Origin: an uncultured delta proteobacterium
GTDB taxonomy: Bacteria; Desulfobacterota; Syntrophia; Syntrophales; UBA2185
Assembly (NCBI GenBank): GCA_963729715.1
Contig: CAVSPA010000004.1
Coordinates: 352,001 to 416,000 of the forward strand
Reading direction: 5' to 3'
DNA length: 64,000 nucleotides
In this document: positions 20,841-32,178 of the stretch, in pieces
Numbering within the stretch: position 1 is the first letter of the stretch
Layout of the letters: each line of letters begins with the position of its first letter
Program-made: the position numbers and the translations under genes
The notes under the pieces: model-generated
The model's input: only the letters and a program-made list of their open reading frames with translations
Database searches by the model: none
What the model was told of the DNA's origin: nothing

Positions 20841-20858
20841 CGATCCAGGAGTAGAGCC

Positions 20859-22154
20859 ATGGCAGAAATGAATCAGAAATTAAAAGTTCCAGACCTGCCC
20901 CATGGAATAGGCACTTATCGGTTCATCTATTTTTCGGAGCTCTTGAAGAAACCCGTCTGCACCGGAAAGATCGGGAACCGCATCGGCAGACTTACTGATC
21001 TCGTTTTTGCTGTTGCTGAGCCTTACCCTGACGCTGTCGGCATTTATATTGAGCATGGATGGGGCAAACCCACAACATTCATCCCCTGGAGCAGAGTCCT
21101 CCGCATCGAAGATGACGCAATTTTTGTTCAACCCCCTGACGAAGGAAATGAGTACCCGCCCTTTGTCGACCAGCCCGGCTGGATACTCATGGATAAGCAT
21201 CTTATGGGCCGCACCATCGTAGACATGGATGACAGGCGCGTCGAGGTAGTCAACGACGTTCATCTCCTCGAAGCAAAGGGTCGGTTCCTCCTTGTCCATG
21301 TGGATATTTCCTTCAATGGTTTCCTGCGCCGCTGGGGACTGGGGAAGCTTAACTGGATGAAGGATGACCTTATTTCCTGGAAATACGTCCAGCCTCTCTC
21401 CGTTGAAGATGCCGTCTCTACCGATAAGGTATCGCTCTCGGTTACCCGCAGGCAGATTCATGAACTCCCCAGCGAGGATCTGGCTGATATGCTCGAAGAA
21501 CTCGGCAAAGAGGAAAAGGATGCCCTCTTTTCAGCCCTCGATTCGGAGAAGGCCGCAGAAACCCTCGCGGAAGCCGAACCACGGACACAACGTCAGATCA
21601 TCGCTGCTCTCCGCAAGGAACGAGCGAGAAATATCTTTACGGAAATGACGATCCCGCAATTGGCCGGGCTGTTTTCCATACTTCCCCACGACCATGTTTC
21701 CGATTTGATGGCGTTGCTAACGAAGGATCAGGCGGATCGCGTTCAGTCAATTCTATCTGAACGTGAAGCCACGGCCAAAGGAATGATGTCCTCCGACTTC
21801 CTCACCATGGCAAAGGAGACGACTGTCGGCGAGGCATTGGCAAAGATCAGGCAATCCTCCATGGAGCCGGAAAGTATTTCTTATATCTACGTGATAGGCG
21901 AAAACGGCCAGCCCCTCCTCGGCGTCATAGATCTGCGTGAACTCATTCTTGCTGCAAATGACATGAAGCTTGGCGATATCATGATAGCGCCCGTGGTAAC
22001 CGCAGAGGAAGATGATGTTCAGGACGACCTGTCCGAAATGTTCGCCAAGTATCACTACAGGATGATACCTGTCGTAGACAGCCAAGACAATATTTTAGGT
22101 GTCATTCGTTACAACGATATTATGAAGGGTGTGGAAACCAGAATCAAGATTTAG
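20859..22154 (+). CDS. MgtE intracellular-N plus CBS-pair protein (no membrane domain)
   Basis: PSEDLADMLEE, ATAKGMM, YIYVI..LLGVIDLREL, IPVVD CBS motifs. Confidence 0.85.
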   Translation: MAEMNQKLKVPDLPHGIGTYRFIYFSELLKKPVCTGKIGNRIGRLTDLVFAVAEPYPDAVGIYIEHGWGKPTTFIPWSRVLRIEDDAIFVQPPDEGNEYPPFVDQPGWILMDKHLMGRTIVDMDDRRVEVVNDVHLLEAKGRFLLVHVDISFNGFLRRWGLGKLNWMKDDLISWKYVQPLSVEDAVSTDKVSLSVTRRQIHELPSEDLADMLEELGKEEKDALFSALDSEKAAETLAEAEPRTQRQIIAALRKERARNIFTEMTIPQLAGLFSILPHDHVSDLMALLTKDQADRVQSILSEREATAKGMMSSDFLTMAKETTVGEALAKIRQSSMEPESISYIYVIGENGQPLLGVIDLRELILAANDMKLGDIMIAPVVTAEEDDVQDDLSEMFAKYHYRMIPVVDSQDNILGVIRYNDIMKGVETRIKI

Positions 22155-22164
22155 GGAGGATCGA

Positions 22165-22275
22165 ATGCCCCGCGTACAAATGACCAAAGCGACCAAGGTT
22201 GCGCTATACTTTTTGAGATTTTATTTAGTCTTCCTTTTGATTTTAATCTTCGTGAAATTTATAAAGAGTTTTTGA
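22165..22275 (+). CDS. Unannotated 36-aa single-pass membrane protein
   Basis: GGGAGG RBS directly after the previous stop; MPRVQMTKATKVALYFLRFYLVFLLILIFVKFIKSF. Confidence 0.65.
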   Translation: MPRVQMTKATKVALYFLRFYLVFLLILIFVKFIKSF

Positions 22276-22372
22276 TGAGCCGAAATCTTTATATCTCGCG
22301 CAACGAGCGACCATAACCGAACTTGACAGCTTAAATTCTTCCCTTTTGTATGAATCCTCATTATCCCTTTGC

Positions 22373-23086
22373 CTACCTCTCTTTTTTTCCAGCCATTTTG
22401 AGCAACGTGTCTCGATAGATGAAAATCAGCAGAAAAAATACAACAACTAATAACATAATTAAGAGAAGCACCCAGATGCGCAAGGCCCTAAAACTATCTC
22501 CGCTCACCGAAAGCAATACGGTCCCAAATAACCTGCCCACGGTCGAAACGGCCATAAATGTCCAGATATTCATGTGGCTCAGACCTACTATGTAACAGAG
22601 TGCAGCTTTAGGAAACCCTGGAATCAGAAAAAGGATGAAGCAGACTAAGGGCCCCCGCATTTCGATAACGTGATCGTATTTCTCCATAATTGAAGGCCTT
22701 ACCAGCCTTTTCACGAGCCGCAAGCCGAATGTCCGAGAGAGCAGAAAGGCTAACCATGAACCAATGCTGAGACCTATTGTCGAATAGATTGCCCCTACGA
22801 CGGGACCGTAGAGATAGCCGCCGACAAATCCGGATATTTCAGCAGGCAGTGCTCCGGCTATCAATACTTGAAAGATTTGAACAATGATGAAAACGAGATC
22901 ATCGTAAGGATGAAACGATTCGATGAAATAAACAATTTTCTGGTTGTAATAATCAATATAAGCGTAATATTTGTAGCTGAAAGCGAATTTAATACCTACG
23001 ATAACTAATATGATTAGCAGCAAAACATAGAGGATGCGGCGGTTATTCGATACGACCATCCGTTTATCTTGTTTAGCTAGAGCCAA
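22373..23086 (-). CDS. DedA/TVP38 (VTT domain) membrane protein
   Basis: GGYLYG..G..YSTIG..IGS, LFLIPGFP, GLSHM motifs. Confidence 0.85.
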   Translation of the reverse strand: MALAKQDKRMVVSNNRRILYVLLLIILVIVGIKFAFSYKYYAYIDYYNQKIVYFIESFHPYDDLVFIIVQIFQVLIAGALPAEISGFVGGYLYGPVVGAIYSTIGLSIGSWLAFLLSRTFGLRLVKRLVRPSIMEKYDHVIEMRGPLVCFILFLIPGFPKAALCYIVGLSHMNIWTFMAVSTVGRLFGTVLLSVSGDSFRALRIWVLLLIMLLVVVFFLLIFIYRDTLLKMAGKKER

Positions 23087-23397
23087 GGCTTATGTCCTTA
23101 AAATTACCAAGATGAGTGGTTTAAGAGTATTTTTACTAAACAACAAGCACTTAGGGGAATCTTGAGACCGCAAGGACGTCTTTTTTTCTCAGATACGATT
23201 TGAGGACTCTTACAACGCATTCTCCTCAAAGTCAAATCGATATCTTTCGCCTGGAGTAGTCATTCTGCTCCCTTTCATCTCGCAGTACATATTTCATCAA
23301 ATACCAAGCGCAAGTCATTGCCAACTGAAGATGCTGATTGACTGTTTAGGCAAAATCTTATAAAATAACGAATAAAACATCATAGGAGGCAAAATAA

Positions 23398-23595
23398 ATG
23401 AGAGGTCTTCTTCAACCAATGCACATCTTGGTAATATTGGTGATTGTCCTCATAATCTTTGGTCCAGGCAAACTTCCTGAATTGGGAAGCGCTATAGGCA
23501 AAGCCATAAGGGGTTTCAAACGCTCTATGGAAGACACGAAAGAGAAGATTGAGAGTGCCGTAAACGCCGATAAAACAGAAAATAAGAAAGATTGA
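23398..23595 (+). CDS. tatA: Twin-arginine translocase TatA/E subunit
   Basis: TM helix followed by FGPGKLPELGSAIGKAIRGFK. Confidence 0.92.
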   Translation: MRGLLQPMHILVILVIVLIIFGPGKLPELGSAIGKAIRGFKRSMEDTKEKIESAVNADKTENKKD

Positions 23596-23831
23596 TTTTC
23601 ACTTGGCTGGTTTCCACAGCTGTGCGAATATGTAGATCCACTTCATGAACAAGCTGATACTGTCTGATAACTGATCATTCTAACGTCTGACATCGAGTGA
23701 TGCTCACGAGAACGAGAGTTAACAAATATCCGGTGAACCTATAGTTCTTTATTCAGATCCTTTCCTCATTCACAAACACAAAGCAGCCTATCAATTCCAT
23801 TCTTTATGCGCGCAGGACTCAGCAGGTAATT

Positions 23832-24326
23832 ATGGCGCAGACAGAAGGCAGGAAACTCGACAGCGGTGACTTGTTTCCGCGGATGGAGATCCGGTTTACA
23901 GACGGCACCTCCATCCACGTTCCTGATATGCTTCAAGGCTCTTGGACTGTTTTGTTAGTCTACAGGGGAGCATAGTGACCTTTCTGTCGTCAGCAGTTAG
24001 CTGAATTTCAGTCACGCATTTCTGATTACGATAGTAGGGACATTAAGGTAATTGCGGCTTCAACGGACAGCCTCGAGAATGCCCAGAAATCCGTGGAGAG
24101 AAAAAAACTGACCTTCGCCATTGCCTATGGACTCGATGCCCGGGGATTTACCGCTGCGACAGGGGCCTTTTTTGATGAAGTAAAGGATTACATACATGCA
24201 GCAGGCTTCATCCTCCGACAGGACGGCATTATTAATGAAGCCGTATACAGTACCGGACCGATTGGCCGCTTCACTCCGGCGGACGCCCTCTTCATGATCG
24301 ACTACCGTTCCAAGAAACCTTCCTAA
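23832..24326 (+). pseudogene. Peroxiredoxin-like (AhpC/TSA) selenoprotein gene with adjacent TAG-TGA codons
   Basis: In-frame ...LLVYRGA-[TAG]-[TGA]-PFCRQQL...VIAASTDS; family motif is YRGxW(C/U)PFC; hairpin TCAGC-AGTTA-GCTGA 11 nt after TGA. Confidence 0.7.
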
Positions 24327-24333
24327 TCGGGAA

Positions 24334-24777
24334 ATGACAGCGGACAAATTAAAAGCGCGTATTCTCGTCTTTATACAATTAGCCTGTATAATTTTTATCT
24401 TTGCATCCGGCACTCCTGTGGCAAACCATTTTCTGCTGCTTCTTCTCCAGATGGCGGGAATAGCAACCGGTATCTGGGCGGTCGCCACCATGGGCATTGG
24501 CAATATGAATATCTCGCCGCTCGTGAGAGACGCGGCGGCGCTCGTGACGAAAGGGCCCTACCGACTCATCAGACACCCCATGTATCTGGCTGTATTGCTG
24601 GTTATCTGGCCGCTCATCATTGACAACTTTTCCTTGCTGCGCATCGCCGCAGGACTTATTCTCACCATCGATTTGATAGTAAAGATGCTGTTCGAAGAAC
24701 GCCTTCTGAAAGAACAGTTTGCGGAATACGAGCCCTACATGAAAACCACAAAAAGGTTCATCCCTCTCCTTTTCTAA
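24334..24777 (+). CDS. Isoprenylcysteine carboxylmethyltransferase family protein
   Basis: LVTKGPYRLIRHPMY and EERLL..F.EY motifs. Confidence 0.88.
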   Translation: MTADKLKARILVFIQLACIIFIFASGTPVANHFLLLLLQMAGIATGIWAVATMGIGNMNISPLVRDAAALVTKGPYRLIRHPMYLAVLLVIWPLIIDNFSLLRIAAGLILTIDLIVKMLFEERLLKEQFAEYEPYMKTTKRFIPLLF

Positions 24778-24855
24778 ATATGTTCCATGCACGAAGTCCC
24801 ATATAATTCCGAGCTTCCTAAATAACACCACTCTTGGCTCTCCCAAAGTAGAATA

Positions 24856-24891
24856 GTCATTTCTTATGTCATTTCTTATGTCATTTCTTAT
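24856..24891 (+). repeat. Tandem repeat (GTCATTTCTTAT)x3
   Basis: Three exact 12-bp copies ending at a TTGACA-17-TATTAT promoter (24891-24919). Confidence 0.9.
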
Positions 24892-24979
24892 TGACAGACA
24901 ATCACCATTTCTTTATTATTTTTTATACGCATCTCACCACTTAAGGACAGTTCCCCATAATTACTTAAGGATTTACCGT

Positions 24980-27438
24980 ATGGACATGAAAACATTTGAA
25001 GTACCTGTGGAAAAGTTGCGCTGGCAGTGTGACCCGGCAATTTTTGACTTCGATTGCACGAATGATATGACCCCGTTGCGAGAGGTTATTGGACAGGACA
25101 GGACAGGGCCATCCGGGCCATACAGTTTGGCCTATCCATGGACCATGACGGCTACAATATTTTTGTCGCAGGCTTGACCGGGACAGGTAAGACCTCCATG
25201 ATTAAGACATACGTCGACCGACTTATCGCCAGTCGCGAGATAAGGCAAGGCTTCCATCCACACGACTGGGCCTATGTCTATAACTTCACGGATCCCGACC
25301 GTCCCCAGGCTATCAGCATGCCGCAAGGTGCCTGCAAGGAGTTTCGCAATAGAATTTTTAATCTGCTGAACCGCCTCAAGGAGGACCTGGCACGCGCTTT
25401 CTCCAGCGATCAGTATAAGAACAGCCACAAGAAGGTCATTGAAGATAGCCAGACAGAGCGGCAGCAGATACTCCAGGAAATCGGAGACGATACCCGCAAG
25501 CAGGGTTTTCTTCTCGAAATGACGCAGATGGGACCCGTCCTTGTCCCCCTCATCGATGGCCCTCCTATGGATAAGGCCGCATACATGAATCTCGATGAAT
25601 CTCTTCGGAGGGACCTTGATAAGCGACACGCCGAACTTCTGAAGAATGTGCAGACGACTTTCGAAAAGCTGCATGAGTTGCAGCATCATACCGTGCAAAA
25701 ACTGGCCGATGCCGATAAAGCCCTGGCGGATATGACCGTCACAAGGCTCTTCGATGCGCCTCTGGCTGATTACAAAGAACAACCCAAAATTATCCAGTAT
25801 CTGAATAATCTGAAGCAATACACCCTTGATAATCTTGATATCTTCAAGGGAGAAGAGGGAAAGGCGGCGACTCTCTTAGGCTTGCCCGGCAGCCAGATCA
25901 CGCAGGGCCGTGACCCTTATCTTCCGTTCCAGATCAATGTGTTCATTGATAACAGTGAAACCGAAGGGCCTCCCGTAATCACCGAGTCTAACCCCATCTA
26001 CCCTAACCTTTTCGGCAAGATGGAGCGAAGATTCCTTTTGGGCGGCTATCTCAGTGACCATACCATGCTGAAGCCGGGGGCAATCCATCGTGCGAACGGA
26101 GGCTACCTGCTTCTCAGCGCCGCTGAGGTTGTCACGAACATCGGCGTCTGGCCGGCACTGAAGCGCGCAATCCGTACCAAAGAAGTGGGAGTCGAGGATC
26201 CCTTTGAGCAATTCGGCTTGCTCGCTCCCCAGGGGATGAAGCCCGAGCCTATACCCATTGAAACCAAAATATTCCTCATCGGCGACCCCGTCATACATCA
26301 GTTGCTCGCGATGTACGATGACGAGTTTTGGGAACTCTTCCGAGTGAAAGCTGACTTTGACTATGAAGTGCAGAAAGCCAGGGACAACCTGATGGCCTTC
26401 GCCGCCTTCATTTCAGGTTGCTGCGAGGACTGCCAAATCCGCCACTTCGACCGCACGGGCGTGGCCAAGGTTATAGAATTTACATCGCGCATGGTGAGTG
26501 ATCAGCAGAAGCTGTCATCCCGTTTTTCCCAGATCCGGGAGCTCGTACTTGAGGCGGAACATTGGGCGCAGAAGGATGGCGCGGAACTGGTTGGCGCCAA
26601 GCATGTAGAGCAGGCTCTCGAGGAGCGACGCTTCCGTCATAACCTACCTGATGAACGGATCAAGGAAATGATGGAGCGCGGCACAATAATGATTGATACT
26701 GACGGCGACGTCGTCGGCCAGGTCAACGGATTAAGCGTCTACAGTCTCGGCGATGTCGCCTTCGGCAAACCATCGCGTATCACATGCCGCACCTTCCTCG
26801 GACGGCAGGGCATAATCAACATAGAACGCGAATCCCGGCTCAGCGGCCCGATTCACAATAAGGGCGTGTTAATACTGAACGGCTACGTGGGATCGAGATT
26901 CGCTCAGGATTTCCCGCTATCTCTTTCCGCGAGCCTCTGCTTTGAACAGTCATACGAAGGTGTCGAAGGTGACGGCGCTTCATCTACGGAGTTATATGCC
27001 CTGCTTTCGAGCCCGGCAGACGTGCCAATAGAACAACACATCGCGGTAACCGGTTCGGTGAACCAGAAGGGTGAGCTCCAGCCGATAGGCGCTGTCAATC
27101 AGAAGATCGAGGGCTTCATCGGCATCTGCAAGACAAAGGGACGCACCGGTCACCAGAGTGTGATGATACCAACCCGGAATCTAGATAATCTCATGCTGCG
27201 ACAGGAAGTCATTGATGCCGTCAAAGCCGGTCAATTCCACATCTGGGCCGTCAGCACTATAGATGAAGGAATTGAAATCCTGACCGGCATACCGATGGGA
27301 CGGCTTGTAGGCGGACCTTTCCCGGAGAATACGATAAGCTTCAGGGTGGACCGGACACTACGGCAGATGGGCATGAAGCTTAAGCAGTTTGGCGGCGCAG
27401 GCGTGGAGATGGCGGACGAGCAGAACAGGGACTCCTGA
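24980..27438 (+). pseudogene. LonC/LonB-type ATP-dependent protease, frameshifted
   Basis: N-terminus VEKLRWQCDP...IGQDR is out of frame with GLTGTGKT... because of (GGACA)x3 at 25091-25105; catalytic motif reads EGDGAS instead of the usual GDSAS. Confidence 0.8.
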
Positions 27439-27491
27439 TCTCTTTGGTCCAAGGGGAAAAGTTTGAAACACGGTTGTAACGGAGGCATTAT

Positions 27492-28478
27492 ATGCAAAAA
27501 CCTTATCTCATAATAGCACTGTTCGTTTTGATTTTTGTCACTGCGTGCGGGGGACCCAGAATCAAACTCTTCAGCGATGCAGGAGACCCCCTGAAAGAAT
27601 ACACCCTTGAAGGCAGAGGTTCAGATAAGATACTGCTGATTCCCGTGCACGGAATAATCACAGACACGCCGAAAGAAAGGTTTCTCGCCCAGTCGCAGAG
27701 TATGGTCGAGAATGTTCTATCGCAGTTACAGAAAGCCGAAAATGACGACCGTATTAAGGCTGTTCTGTTAGAGATCAATTCGCCCGGCGGCACGATCACC
27801 GCGAGTGATCTTCTTTATCATGAAATCTCCTCTTTCAAAGAACGGACGGGCAAGAAGATTGCTGTTTCCATGATGGATATCGCGACTTCCGGCGCCTACT
27901 ACGTGTCTCTCCCTGCAGATATCATCACGGCACACCCGACAACAGTCACGGGCTCTGTCGGGGTTCTCTTCCTTCAGCCGAAGATAGCCGGCCTTATGGA
28001 GAAAATCGGCCTTAGTGTGGACGTGAAAAAATTCGGAAAGAACAAAGATATGGGTACTCCCTTCAGAGAGAGCAGCGAGGAAGAGCAAAGACTTTTGCAA
28101 AAATTGGTAGATGATATGGGAGAGCGTTTTATACGCCTCGTACAAAAACACCGCAAGCCTGACCAACACGCACTAACTGAAATTTCTACTGCCCGCATTT
28201 TCTTGGCCGACGAGGCCCTGAAGCTGGGATTGGTGGATAAGATTTGCTATTTGAGTGATGCAGTGAGAGAGTCAAAACAATTGGCAGGACTCCCCACAGA
28301 TGCCAGAGTTGTTGTTTACAGACGGACGGAGTTCCCGGATGATAACTACTATAATACGTCGACTGCCGCGTCAGAAGGCTTACACGTCCCTGCTGTAAAC
28401 ATTGAACTGCCTGAAATATTCGTCCTTAAGACGGGTTTTTATTATCTTTGGCCAGGAGCGGTTTCCGTGGAGCAATAA
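27492..28478 (+). CDS. sppA: Signal peptide peptidase SppA (S49), lipoprotein
   Basis: Lipobox VTAC; INSPGG, ATSGAYY, TGSVGV motifs. Confidence 0.9.
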   Translation: MQKPYLIIALFVLIFVTACGGPRIKLFSDAGDPLKEYTLEGRGSDKILLIPVHGIITDTPKERFLAQSQSMVENVLSQLQKAENDDRIKAVLLEINSPGGTITASDLLYHEISSFKERTGKKIAVSMMDIATSGAYYVSLPADIITAHPTTVTGSVGVLFLQPKIAGLMEKIGLSVDVKKFGKNKDMGTPFRESSEEEQRLLQKLVDDMGERFIRLVQKHRKPDQHALTEISTARIFLADEALKLGLVDKICYLSDAVRESKQLAGLPTDARVVVYRRTEFPDDNYYNTSTAASEGLHVPAVNIELPEIFVLKTGFYYLWPGAVSVEQ

Positions 28479-29228
28479 ATATCATTTAGCTGTACCGCAC
28501 GCGGTAGAGACAATCTGCATACGGAAGTTGGTTCAGGCCGACACCTCATGCACGCGGGTCGTCTCTCTCCCACCTCTTAAGCCCTTTGTATGAAGGGTCC
28601 TTATCAGGTCGCTCAACTTTCGCCATCTGACCTTTCTTGATCACTTCATATAATTTCTCTATGTAGGGCTCATCATTGTTTATGATAAAATAATTTCTAC
28701 CCGGTTTCATTTCTCTTATCATTTTGTCTGAAGCCCCCTCTCGATTATTGCCTGCCTTCATTGTCGTTCATCGTTATGATCCATCCGACGTCTTGATCTA
28801 TAGGGCGACTGTGCCAGAATTCCCCTACATTTTGTGTTTAGCCATTTGATACTGGTCGATTGAAAGAGTAATAGATAAAGAAATACTTTTCAATGAGGGT
28901 ATAATGTTAGCACATTAGCAGGCAATGCCTGCTATATCCCGAATATCGTGCTTTTCCAAAGGGCTCGCATAACTCAGTCCAACAGGCAGGCCGTGCTCTA
29001 TTCTACTCGCAGCTAAACTCTCCTGTCCACAAAGGAGCTAGCTAAAAATAATTCTTTTTATTCTTTTCCGCATGACAAACGATATCTTTTTCGATTGAGA
29101 ATTGCGATTCCTTGTGTGAAAAAAGGTGAATATATGATAATTAATAATACACGGATTAAGATTATCTATACGCAGACGGCACTATCCCATCCTGCAGGGA
29201 AAGATTATGTTTATGGGAGGTTTGGCAA

Positions 29229-30065
29229 TTGAATAGATTTCCTTTCCTAATTTTAATGCTTTATTCTTTGTCTTACGTAGGGTGCGCGACAACCATAGAT
29301 CTGCAAGAGGTTCAGCGAGAGCTAGACACGGATATTCGCGCCCTCAAGGAAGAAAACGCCGGCATTCGCAAGGATGCACAAAATAATGATCAGACGATGA
29401 CTGAATTACGCGAGAGGATCGCCGATATTGCGGCCGACATTACCGAGATCAGAGAAGACATGGAGAGCCTAAGGGGAGATCGTGAAGTGGTGGGAAAAGG
29501 GGAGTCTGACATAAGAGCGGAGTTTCTTCGCAGAGAAACGGAATTCGGCGATATGAAGAACATGCTTGGTCAACTCTCATCCCGTATGAATGTCATAGAC
29601 AGTCTCCTGGAGATTGGAGGCAGCGCCAATCAAGCGCCACTCGGACAAACGGTCCCCGGCGAAGATATGAAGAAGGCCACGACCGCCAAGACGGAGGAAG
29701 AATTGGCATATGACTCTGCCTATGAAGCCTTCAAGGAAGAAAAGTATGCGAAGGCCCGAGAAGGGTTTCAAGATTTTCTCAAGAAATATCCAAACCAGGA
29801 GTATTCTGATAGCGCCCAATTCTGGATTGGCGAGAGTTACTATTTTGAAAGGAGATATGAACAGGCGATCCTCGAATACGAGAAAGTTATAAAAAATTAT
29901 CCGCAGGGTAGCAAGGTGCCTAACGCCTTACTCAAACAGGGGTTTTCTTTTCTGAATCTCGGCGATAAGTCAAGTGCGAAACTCCTTCTCGAGCAGGTGG
30001 CGAAAGATTATCCCAGCACAAGTCAGGCGCGAATGGCAAGGGCGAAGCTTGCGGAAATTAAGTAG
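29229..30065 (+). CDS. cpoB: Tol-Pal system protein YbgF/CpoB
   Basis: Lipobox-like VGC, coiled coil, TPR with AQFWIGESYY and YPQGSKVPNALLK. Confidence 0.85.
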   Translation: MNRFPFLILMLYSLSYVGCATTIDLQEVQRELDTDIRALKEENAGIRKDAQNNDQTMTELRERIADIAADITEIREDMESLRGDREVVGKGESDIRAEFLRRETEFGDMKNMLGQLSSRMNVIDSLLEIGGSANQAPLGQTVPGEDMKKATTAKTEEELAYDSAYEAFKEEKYAKAREGFQDFLKKYPNQEYSDSAQFWIGESYYFERRYEQAILEYEKVIKNYPQGSKVPNALLKQGFSFLNLGDKSSAKLLLEQVAKDYPSTSQARMARAKLAEIK

Positions 30066-30375
30066 TCGGCAAAATCCGGAGTACCGTAACAGAAGTTGCG
30101 AAATTCGCCGCCGTTGGCGATGCCTCCCCGAAAGAAAAACATCGCCGGAATCGCCCCCTCATTCGCCCAAGGAGACCCGGCGCTCATCTTTAGCGTCTGC
30201 CGTGACGCATCCTGTGATGTTTTCCACTCGTCATTTCATCAATTTCTTGTCTCCTGTGCAGATAGTTCTCTCTCGAGGAATAAAAATGGCAGAAGTCTGA
30301 TGCAAAATGTGGTACAGTCGGTTGCAATGACGGAGCCGCAGACGGGCTCAAAACTGGAGAAAGGAAATACGCAAT

Positions 30376-32067
30376 ATGGTCCAGACTAATTCATCGCTTC
30401 CCTCCGATTTTATCAGGGATATCATAGAGGACGACATAAAAACCAACAAATATAAGGGACGTGTGGCCACCCGGTTCCCCCCGGAGCCCAACGGATATCC
30501 CCATATCGGGCATGCCAAGTCCATCTGCCTTAATTTTGGTATCGCCGCCCAATATAGTGGTACATGCAATCTGCGCATGGACGACACAGACCCAACCGGC
30601 GAGAGTATGGAATATGTGAATGCCATCATTCGGGATGTCAAGTGGCTGGGCTTCGACTGGGAAGATCGTCTATACTATGCATCAGACTACTATGAAAAAC
30701 TTTACCAATATGCACTGCAGCTTATAAAGATGGGCAAGGCCTTTGTTTGCAGTCTGAGTGCCGATGAGATTCGTCAGTACCGCGGCACTTTCACGGAACC
30801 GGGCAAAGAAAGCCCTTACCGAAATAGAACCATTGAAGAGAACCTGGATCTGTTCGAACGCATGCGGGCGGGAGAGTTTCCCGATGGGACCCATGTCCTG
30901 CGCGCAAAGATTGACATGGCATCGCCCAATATTACCATGCGTGACCCGGTCATGTACCGCATTAAGAAGGAGACGCATTATAGAACCGGCGATGCCTGGT
31001 GCATTTACCCCATGTATGACTTCGCTCATTGTCTTTCGGACTCCATCGAGGGAATTACACATTCTATTTGCACTCTCGAGTTTGAAAACAATCGCCCTCT
31101 TTATGATTGGTTTCTTGACGAATTGAAAGTGCAACATCAACCTCAGCAGATCGAATTCGCCCGTCTCAACCTCAGCTATACAATAATGAGTAAACGCAAG
31201 CTTCTCGAATTAGTCGAAAGAAAGCTCGTCAACGGCTGGGATGACCCCCGCATGCCTACCATAGCAGGCATGCGCAGACGGGGTTACACCCCGGAGGCCA
31301 TACGGAGCTTCTGTGAGCGCATAGGCGTTGCCAAGAATGATAGCATCGTTGATATGGCCCTCCTTGAACACTGCGTGAGGGAGGATCTGAATGAAAAGGC
31401 CCTGCGCGTCATGGCTGTTCTCAGACCGCTGCGCGTCGTAATTGACAATTACCCGGAAGGCCGGGTTGAGGAGTTTGACTGTCCCTACCATCCCAAGAAT
31501 GCCGACATGGGCTCCCGCAAAGTACCCTTCTCGCGCGAGCTCTACATCGACACTGGTGACTTTTTGGAGAATCCGCCCAAGAAGTTTTACCGCCTCTCCC
31601 CCGGCAGGGAGGTTCGTTTGCGCTACGGCTACTTTATAAAGTGTGTGCGCGTTGTTAAGGATGAACGCACGGGAGAGGTAATTGAATTGCACTGTACATA
31701 CGACCCGGAGACGCGCAGCGGATTTGCCCCCGACGGACGGAAAGTCGACGCAACCATCCACTGGGTGTCGGCGCTGCATGCCCTTCCGGCCCAAGTCCGC
31801 CTCTATGACCGTCTCTTCCGTGTCGCCGATCCTCTTGCACAAGAGTCTGACATGACTCTCTCACTAGACCAGAAATCCCTCGAGATTCTCCAATCATGCC
31901 AAGTAGAGCCAAGCATGGCGGCCGCCAACCCTGGAGGACCTTTCCAGTTTGAAAGGGTCGGCTATTTCTGCGTGGATTCCGTTGATTCTGCCGATAAAGC
32001 CCTCGTATTCAACCGCACGGTTACATTGCGCGATGCCTGGGCTAAGATTACGGAGAAAGGGAAGTAA
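30376..32067 (+). CDS. glnS: Glutamine--tRNA ligase
   Basis: [19 protein letters not shown] and FQFERVGYF motifs. Confidence 0.96.
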   Translation: MVQTNSSLPSDFIRDIIEDDIKTNKYKGRVATRFPPEPNGYPHIGHAKSICLNFGIAAQYSGTCNLRMDDTDPTGESMEYVNAIIRDVKWLGFDWEDRLYYASDYYEKLYQYALQLIKMGKAFVCSLSADEIRQYRGTFTEPGKESPYRNRTIEENLDLFERMRAGEFPDGTHVLRAKIDMASPNITMRDPVMYRIKKETHYRTGDAWCIYPMYDFAHCLSDSIEGITHSICTLEFENNRPLYDWFLDELKVQHQPQQIEFARLNLSYTIMSKRKLLELVERKLVNGWDDPRMPTIAGMRRRGYTPEAIRSFCERIGVAKNDSIVDMALLEHCVREDLNEKALRVMAVLRPLRVVIDNYPEGRVEEFDCPYHPKNADMGSRKVPFSRELYIDTGDFLENPPKKFYRLSPGREVRLRYGYFIKCVRVVKDERTGEVIELHCTYDPETRSGFAPDGRKVDATIHWVSALHALPAQVRLYDRLFRVADPLAQESDMTLSLDQKSLEILQSCQVEPSMAAANPGGPFQFERVGYFCVDSVDSADKALVFNRTVTLRDAWAKITEKGK

Positions 32068-32178
32068 CGGTAGACAGGATACAATCAGAATTTCGCTGTG
32101 TCTGACAAGAATCGCGTCCTCCAATGATTTGGCGGCGGTTCTTTTCTTTTAACAGATATTATTGTAAATACCTGACAC

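Noticed and set aside
30096..30389. 97-aa ORF or T-box-like leader before glnS
   Set aside because: No protein motifs and no T-box consensus visible
32068..32178. att-site duplication of the tRNA-Gln 3' end
   Set aside because: No copy of the tRNA 3' sequence found
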